DNA from: Actinomycetes bacterium
Lineage (GTDB): Bacteria; Actinomycetota; Thermoleophilia; Gaiellales; F1-60-MAGs149
Length of the DNA: 64,000 bases
Direction: 5' to 3'
NCBI GenBank assembly: GCA_025360225.1
Contig: JANYCN010000034.1
Coordinates: forward strand, 34,063-98,062
A model generated the notes under the pieces. That model was not told where the DNA came from and ran no database searches. It saw nothing but the letters and a program-made list of their open reading frames with translations. This document shows, in pieces, positions 26,243-31,950 of this stretch. How positions within the stretch are numbered: the stretch's first letter is position 1; each line of letters opens with the position of its first letter. The position numbers and the translations under genes are program-made.

Positions 26243-29015
26243 GCCCGAGCGAGACCACGAGCGCGACGCGGAAGCCGGTGGCGAGTCGGGAGCCGACGGC
26301 GACCTTCGCGCGGATCACGCGCCCCTTCGCGACCGTGCGCGAGCGGGCCTTCGTGACCGCTCCGACGCCGCAGTGCGCGGCAACGAGCCGCGCCTTCGCG
26401 ACCGCCAGCGTCGCCTTCGCAACCGTCGGTACGACGCACTGCACGAGCGCCCGCCCGATCACCGGGCCCGAGGTTGCCGACGCGCCGCCGCCGGCGTTCG
26501 AGGCGGTGACGGTGCACGTGATCGCCTTCCCGACGTCCGCCACGACGACGGCGTGTGTCGCCGGCATCGCGGAGCCGAGCGCGGTTCCGGCGCGCGACCA
26601 CACGTAGGAGTACCCGGTCGGCGCGTTCGTCCACGTCCCGGTCGAGCAGGTCAGTCCCGAGCCGACCACGGCCGACCCGGAGATCGCTGGGACCGTCTGG
26701 TTGACAGGTGCCGGTGGAGACCCGACGAGGACGGCCAGCGAGGGCGCCGTTGCCGAGCCGCCGTCGTTGGAGGCCGTCACCTCGCAGCGGACGGCCAGGT
26801 CGACGTCCGCGCTGACGAGCTGGTAGGTCGCCCTCCTTGCCTCGGGGATCACCGATCCCTTCTTCCCCCGTACCCAGACGTACTCGTAGCTGGTCGGCCG
26901 GTTCAGCCACCTGCCGGTCGAGCACTGGATCCTGCCACCGACGAACGCTTCGCCCCGGATCGCCGGGGCCGCGTCGTTCACGGGAGGCGGCACCGCAATC
27001 ACGACGGCGCCCGAGACGACCGTGCTCCGCAGGTCCGAGCGAAGCGCCGTCGTCGCGGTCGTCGCACAGGCGATCCTCTGGGCGCCGTCGCTGGCGGTCG
27101 GCGTGTAGGTCGAGGCCGTGGCGCCCTCGATCACGACATCGTTCCGAAGCCAGACGAATGGGCCGATCGTGAAGGCGACGTCATTGACGACGTCGAACGC
27201 CTGCCACAGAGCCGGCAGGCAGGTCAGCTCCGACCCGACCGCCGCCGCCGGCGGGACGACCTTCGGCGCCATCACCTCGTACATCAGCCCGTCGAGGCTC
27301 GGTACGGTCACGTCGGCCACGCCGATCAGGACGCTCGTGCCCGGCCCGATGTTCGTGGCGTACACGTGGACGGTGTGCGAGCCGGGCGTCAGCCCGCCGA
27401 TCGTTGCGTCGAATCCCGTGGTGTCACCGAGCCCGAGTCCGGTGTACACGGCGGCGACGTCCGGACGGCTGACGGTGGTCGTGCCGAGGTCGTAGGCGCT
27501 GCCGACGCCCGGAACGCCGTCGACGTAGGCGTCGATCTGGAGAGGCGTCGTCGGCGCGTCCACGTCGAACGCCCACCCGGCAACGCGGATGCCTGACGGG
27601 TCGGCACCCTGCGCGACCTCAAGGTGGGCGGTCGGCGAGCCGGTCGTGGCCGGGTCAATCGTGACGGCGACCTGGGCCAGCAGCGCGATCGCAGAGCCCG
27701 CGACCTTCGTCCCGTAGACGTACAGCTGGTGCGTCCCGCTGGAGAGGCCTGGGATCGAGACGTCGAATCCGTGGCCGGCCGACGCGCCCGGGTAGGCAGC
27801 AGCGACGTCGCTGCGCACGAGGTCGGCGACGTGGTCGTAGGACGACGCGCCCGAGCCCGCCGTACCGTCGACGTACACCTTCACGTGCGCGGGAGCGGTC
27901 GGCGCGTCACCGTCGAGCACCCAGCCTGCAACGTTCGTTGTTCCCGAGAGGTCGGCGCCCCAGCGATCGACGTGTCCGATCGGGTCGGATGCTGGCGGCG
28001 GGGGAGGCGGGGGAGGGGCCGGCACGGCCGGGACGCAGGCGTGGTCGGTGTTCGACCAGTATCGCTCGACGAGCAGAAGGCTCGTGGCGAGCGTCCGTAC
28101 GGGGTCGCTCGGCACGCCGTCCGGTGCGGTCGCGCTCGGCTGGCAGATGTCACCTGCCTCTCCGGTGTCGAGCCAGAGCTCGAGCGATCCGCCGAAGTGC
28201 GTGTTGTCGACCCAGCCGGTTCCCGGCGTCGGGTCGGTCGCGGCCTCGACGAGCTCGTGTGACCAGGCCTGCGAGTAACGGTCGAGGCGCATCGCGGCGT
28301 CGCTGGCGTGCATGCACTGCTGCGGGACGACCGTGAACGAGAAGCCCTGAATCCGGAACGCGAGCGGGTTGTAGAGCTGGGGGTCGGGGACGACGGCCGC
28401 CGAGAACGCGTGGAACGCCGCGGTCGTCGTGCAGTCCGCCTTCGGCGAGCCGGTGATCGTGACGCCGTCGGGCAGGAAGACGGCGTAGAGCGTGTTGTCG
28501 TCGGGATACGGAACGCCCGTTCCCGGCACCTCGACCTCGCACTCCACCCATCCCAGCAGGCTCACGAAGTTCGTCGCACCGGTTGGCCTGCGCGTGCCGC
28601 ATGCAGACGAGGACTCGTGCCCGCTGTGGAACATGCCGTGCCCGACGCCGTACTGGCGCGCGCCGTCGAGGTAGCTGCTGGCGACGACGCCTTGGATCAT
28701 CGCGTTGATCGTCGCGCGCTTCGGGGCGTCCGCGTTCGTCGTGTCGGTGTCCCACGCGTTGTCCCAGTAGAGCGCAACGACGTGCGGCGACGCGATCACA
28801 CGGCCGAACACGTGCGTGCCGGTGCAGTTCGTTGGCGGGCAGACGGGGATGAGGCCCGTGAACAGCCCGAGCGTGGCCGCCTGGAACACGCCGTTGCCGC
28901 GGTTGTCGTTGAGCTGGATCGGCCCTCGACCCGCCTGGGCCGCCGGGACCGCGCTCAGGACGCCGAGCAGCAGCACGAGCGAGGCCGTCCACCGCAGGGG
29001 GTGGCGCAGGAGCAT
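26238..29015 (-). CDS. Large secreted multidomain surface protein
   Basis: The signal peptide is MLLRHPLRWTASLVLLLGVLSAVPAAQA. A Cys-rich N-terminal domain of ~330 aa has unknown function and is followed by a Pro8 linker. Two copies follow of a ~110-aa module (GWVLDGDAPT...VYVDG...RSDVAAAYPG...GF). Three copies follow of a (L/I)xCxxGxW...Y.Y.W Ig-like repeat. The tail is PASTA-like (CVVPTVAKATLAVAKARLVAAHC). Confidence 0.8.
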   Translation of the reverse strand: MLLRHPLRWTASLVLLLGVLSAVPAAQAGRGPIQLNDNRGNGVFQAATLGLFTGLIPVCPPTNCTGTHVFGRVIASPHVVALYWDNAWDTDTTNADAPKRATINAMIQGVVASSYLDGARQYGVGHGMFHSGHESSSACGTRRPTGATNFVSLLGWVECEVEVPGTGVPYPDDNTLYAVFLPDGVTITGSPKADCTTTAAFHAFSAAVVPDPQLYNPLAFRIQGFSFTVVPQQCMHASDAAMRLDRYSQAWSHELVEAATDPTPGTGWVDNTHFGGSLELWLDTGEAGDICQPSATAPDGVPSDPVRTLATSLLLVERYWSNTDHACVPAVPAPPPPPPPPASDPIGHVDRWGADLSGTTNVAGWVLDGDAPTAPAHVKVYVDGTAGSGASSYDHVADLVRSDVAAAYPGASAGHGFDVSIPGLSSGTHQLYVYGTKVAGSAIALLAQVAVTIDPATTGSPTAHLEVAQGADPSGIRVAGWAFDVDAPTTPLQIDAYVDGVPGVGSAYDLGTTTVSRPDVAAVYTGLGLGDTTGFDATIGGLTPGSHTVHVYATNIGPGTSVLIGVADVTVPSLDGLMYEVMAPKVVPPAAAVGSELTCLPALWQAFDVVNDVAFTIGPFVWLRNDVVIEGATASTYTPTASDGAQRIACATTATTALRSDLRSTVVSGAVVIAVPPPVNDAAPAIRGEAFVGGRIQCSTGRWLNRPTSYEYVWVRGKKGSVIPEARRATYQLVSADVDLAVRCEVTASNDGGSATAPSLAVLVGSPPAPVNQTVPAISGSAVVGSGLTCSTGTWTNAPTGYSYVWSRAGTALGSAMPATHAVVVADVGKAITCTVTASNAGGGASATSGPVIGRALVQCVVPTVAKATLAVAKARLVAAHCGVGAVTKARSRTVAKGRVIRAKVAVGSRLATGFRVALVVSLGR

Positions 29016-29055
29016 GGGACGACGCTATCACACCCCGCGCGTGAGCGCGAACCGG

Positions 29056-29304
29056 TCAGCCCCGGCGCGGACCTGGAGCGAGCGCGTCGTTGCCGGGCCT
29101 CGTCAGGACGACCTGCAGGTCTCGGAGGACGCGGATCGCGAACCCTGCCTCGCAGGACGCGAGGTAGGAGCGCCAGGTGCGAAGGAAGCGCTCGTCGTAG
29201 CCGAGCAGGCGGACCTGCTCGATGTCGCGGATCCAGTCGGGCCGCCGTCGGAACCGCTCGTAGCGGTCGGCGGGAACGGCGATCGACTGGAGGCACGCGA
29301 GCCC
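29056..29304 (-). pseudogene. 3' remnant of a cyclopropane-fatty-acyl-phospholipid-synthase-family methyltransferase
   Basis: LQSIAVPADRYERFRRRPDWIRDI..EQVRLLGYDERFLRTWRSYLASCEAGFAIRVLRDLQVVLTRPG matches only the C-terminal ~20 percent of CFA synthases. It appears to have an internal gap. The rest of the 208-aa ORF is low-complexity. Confidence 0.5.
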
Positions 29305-29307
29305 GGT

Positions 29308-29688
29308 CGGCTCCCGGTGACGGTGACGCCGCGCGGCGTCGCGAGCCGCACGCAGCCGATCGCCGTCGAGGATGTGATCGGGTATCTCGTCGCTGCACTC
29401 GATCACCCCGCGTCGCCAGGCGGAGTCGTCTTCGAGATCGGCTGCCGGGACGTCGTCACCTACCGCGACCTGATCGGGGAGTGCGCCGTCGTCGAGCGCT
29501 TCGAGATCGGGCACGTCAAGCGCCTGCTCCAGCTCGAGCTCACGGCCGGCACCGTTGGCTCCGTGATTGCCCCGACCGCATTCCTCGAGCCAGCCGGGCT
29601 CGCCGGCCTTGCCTACCGGTACGCGACCTGGCCGATCCACGACCGGATCTTCCGGGGGATGGCGCGCGCGATCGGCCGACATGCGGAA
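29308..29688 (+). pseudogene. 3' remnant of an SDR / DUF2867-type NAD(P)-binding protein
   Basis: VTVTPRGVASRTQPIAVEDVIGYLVAALDHPASPGGVVFEIGCRDVVTYRDLI ... AYRYATWPIHDRIFRGMARAIGRHA matches only the C-terminal part of that family. There is no Rossmann N-terminus. The upstream part of the ORF overlaps the 925-aa gene. Confidence 0.45.
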
Positions 29689-29758
29689 GCGGGTGGAGGG
29701 AATCGAACCCTCGTCTGAGGCTTGGAAGGCCGCCGCTCTACCATTGAGCTACACCCGC
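29688..29758 (-). tRNA. tRNA-Gly (anticodon UCC)
   Basis: The reverse complement GCGGGTGTAGCTCAATGGTAGAGCGGCGGCCTTCCAAGCCTCAGACGAGGGTTCGATTCCCTCCACCCGCT folds as a cloverleaf. The anticodon loop is CTTCCAA and the T-loop is TTCGATT. There is one C-U mismatch in the anticodon stem. CCA is not encoded. Confidence 0.9.
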
Positions 29759-29775
29759 CCGCTGCTCGGAGGATA

Positions 29776-29804
29776 CTCAAGCCGGCGGCCGCAGCGTCCG
29801 ATGC
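29776..29804 (+). promoter_or_regulatory. Sigma-28-like promoter (copy F) for the PilZ gene
   Basis: CTCAAG-N15-TCCGATGC, then 7 nt, then the GTG at 29812. This is the same geometry as copies B and D. Confidence 0.5.
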
Positions 29805-29811
29805 CCTGAGG

Positions 29812-30426
29812 GTGGGGCAGACCGCACCAGACGACCGGCTCCTGTTCGCCCACGCGCTCGACGCCGGCCACGAGCTGACCGTCGCGCGTGCCGACGGGCC
29901 GCTCGTCGACACGACGGTGATGGCGGTGACGGGCGTCGACCTTGACCTACGAGCCGCGCCCGGGGCGTTGCCTGAGGGAACGCTTGCCACGGCGCGACTG
30001 CACGACGGCTCTTCAGCGTGGTTCGCGACGTTGATGGTGCTCTCGGTCGACGGAACGCTGGTGCGTGCCCGCATCGGTGACGCCGTGCCGGTGACGTCGG
30101 AGCGCTGGGCCGAGCGCGTCGACCTTCCCGGGCCGGCGGTCGTTCGTCCAGAGTCCGGCGCGACGGCGATCGTCCGCGCCGAGTCGGTGAACATCAGCCT
30201 GACCGGGATCGCGCTTGCCGTGAACGGCGCGGCGCCGGCGGCGGGAACGAGCGTCGGCGTCGTGCTGGCGGGCGACGGTGACGGCTCGATCGCCTGCCGC
30301 GCTCGCGTGCAGCGGCGCACGGCGACGCCCGGTGGTGCGTTGCTCGCGCTCGAGATCATCGGGATCTCTCGCGAGGATCATCGGCGGCTCGCCCAGGCGA
30401 TCGATCGCCGGCTTCAAAGCTGCTGA
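29812..30426 (+). CDS. PilZ-domain protein (candidate c-di-GMP receptor, YcgR-like)
   Basis: The C-terminal half has RWAER (RxxxR) followed 24 aa later by NISLTG ((D/N)xSxxG). The longer ORF start at 29722 would overlap tRNA-Gly. The GTG at 29812 is in frame and matches the promoter geometry. Confidence 0.7.
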   Translation: MGQTAPDDRLLFAHALDAGHELTVARADGPLVDTTVMAVTGVDLDLRAAPGALPEGTLATARLHDGSSAWFATLMVLSVDGTLVRARIGDAVPVTSERWAERVDLPGPAVVRPESGATAIVRAESVNISLTGIALAVNGAAPAAGTSVGVVLAGDGDGSIACRARVQRRTATPGGALLALEIIGISREDHRRLAQAIDRRLQSC

Positions 30427-30528
30427 AATCCCCCGAAATGGGACGTCGGTAAGGTGATCGTCCGCCGATATCGAAAGAGGCCGCGGATGCGCGCGGCCGA
30501 CGTTCTGGCGAACGACAAGGGAGATGGA

Positions 30529-31950
30529 ATGGGCCTGCGACGGCGCACCACCATCCTCGGGGCGGTGACCGCGGCGCTCGCCGTGGTCGCTCCTGCCGAG
30601 GCAGCACAGCACCGAGGGACGGTGCTGTCGTTCAGCACCGCGAAGCACGAGCTGCGGGTCGTCGACGCGAACGGCAAGGCGGCAACGTTCCGTCTCGTCG
30701 GCAAGGTCCGCGGGCACCTCGCGGTCGGCGCGAAGGTATCGTTCGCGGCGAAAGGCACGAAGGCGTCGAGCGTGCGGGTGGCGGGTCGCTCCTCCGCCTT
30801 CCACGTCAAGGGCAAGGTCGCCCACGCCGCCGGCGGTGCGCTCGGCGTGCGTCTCGCCGACAACCGGCCGCTGACGGTCGGGAACGTCTCGGTGACGCTC
30901 GTCGGGTTTGCGCCTGACCAGAAGGTCGACGTGACGGTGACCGACTCGGACGCCGGCGACATCAACGTGATCATCAAGCTCGACGGCGGCGGTGGCGCCG
31001 CGTGCACCGCGCCCTGCCCGATGCAGGCCGAGGGACACGTGACGAGCGTCAGCCTGACGAGCGGCGCGGAGACGTTCACGATCGACTCGGGCGACCACGG
31101 GCCGGGCTACACCTTCAAGGCCGACCCGGCGTTGATCGCCGCGAACGCGATCACCGTCGGCGACGAGGTACGCGTCGCCGCCACCGACAACGGCGACGGC
31201 ACGTTCACTGCGACCGCGGTGAAGGTCGAGCACGACTCCTCCCACGATGGCGACAGCAAGAAGCCGCACGACGTCTTCGGCGTCGTCTCGAACATCACCG
31301 CGACGACCTTCACGCTGTCCCATCCGGGATCGGGTGGAAGCGAGTCGCTCGTCATCACCGCCGCGCCGGAGCTGCTCGCGACGCTGCACGCCGACGAGGT
31401 CGTGCACGCTGTCGTCGTCCGCGCCGCCGACGGCACCGTCACCGCGACGGCCGCGACGGAGGTGACGCTACCGCCGGCGACGATCGACCTGCGCGCAAAG
31501 GTGCTGGCGATCGGTGCCGACAGCTTCCTCGTCGGCGACGACAACCCGGAGCATCACGGCCTGACCGTGCACGCAACGGCCGAGCAGATGACCACGTGGG
31601 CGCTGTCGGCCGGCGATCGCGTGCACCTCACGGCACACCGCGACGCGCCAGAGCACTGGGTGGCGGACACCGTCGAGAAGCTCGCACCACCCCCGCCGCC
31701 CCCGCCGCCGCCGCCACCCCCGCCGCCGGTCGGCTTCGACGCTCACGGTACGGTCGGCGAGATCCACGCTGACGGCAGCTTCACGATCGTCCGCGAGGAT
31801 GGCCCCGACCATCACCTCGTGACGTGGCTCCTGCTCGACCCCGGTCACCTGCTCGGCGCGGTCACCGCCGGCCAGGTCGTCAACCTGCACGTGCACGTCG
31901 AGGGTGCCGAGCACCGCATCATCCTCGACGCGATCAGCGTCGCCGTGTAG
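30529..31950 (+). CDS. Secreted repeat protein (DUF5666-like beta modules) with an internal Pro14 linker
   Basis: The ATG at 30529 is preceded by GGGAGA. The signal peptide is MGLRRRTTILGAVTAALAVVAPAEA. There are repeated V.V.G.V...-type modules. The 3' end overlaps the convergent S8 gene by 17 nt. Confidence 0.65.
   Translation: MGLRRRTTILGAVTAALAVVAPAEAAQHRGTVLSFSTAKHELRVVDANGKAATFRLVGKVRGHLAVGAKVSFAAKGTKASSVRVAGRSSAFHVKGKVAHAAGGALGVRLADNRPLTVGNVSVTLVGFAPDQKVDVTVTDSDAGDINVIIKLDGGGGAACTAPCPMQAEGHVTSVSLTSGAETFTIDSGDHGPGYTFKADPALIAANAITVGDEVRVAATDNGDGTFTATAVKVEHDSSHDGDSKKPHDVFGVVSNITATTFTLSHPGSGGSESLVITAAPELLATLHADEVVHAVVVRAADGTVTATAATEVTLPPATIDLRAKVLAIGADSFLVGDDNPEHHGLTVHATAEQMTTWALSAGDRVHLTAHRDAPEHWVADTVEKLAPPPPPPPPPPPPPPVGFDAHGTVGEIHADGSFTIVREDGPDHHLVTWLLLDPGHLLGAVTAGQVVNLHVHVEGAEHRIILDAISVAV
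31687..31728 (+). repeat. Run of 14 consecutive proline codons (CCN)
   Basis: The sequence ccacccccgccgcccccgccgccgccgccacccccgccgccg encodes Pro14 inside the 30529..31950 CDS. Confidence 0.9.

Noticed and set aside
28816-29307. The 5' two-thirds of plus-strand ORF 28816..29718, considered as a real gene.
   Set aside because: It overlaps the 5' end of the 925-aa gene and the CFA-synthase remnant on the other strand, and it has no recognisable motifs. Only the last ~125 codons resemble a known family.
30418-30431. The exact 14-mer AAGCTGCTGAAATC is present at 30418-30431 (+) and as its reverse complement at 58642-58655. Both copies lie upstream of genes for secreted proteins and near tRNA genes.
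   Set aside because: A single 14-nt coincidence is expected by chance at roughly the observed frequency when all position pairs on both strands of 64 kb are considered. One copy overlaps the PilZ stop codon. I found no extended similarity around either copy.
30465-30472. A perfect GCCGATAT (SigD-type -10) upstream of the Pro14 protein gene, and TCCAATAT at 23115-23122 upstream of flaG.
   Set aside because: The hexamers 15 nt upstream (ACGTCG and TTCGAC-like) do not resemble CTCAAG/CTAAAG. I did not count these among the promoter copies. flaG may instead be served by copy E through read-through.
31934-31950. The 17-nt 3'-3' overlap of the convergent genes 30529..31950 and 31934..34438, considered as a possible antisense regulatory device.
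   Set aside because: Short convergent overlaps are common in compact GC-rich genomes. No hairpin or other feature distinguishes this one.
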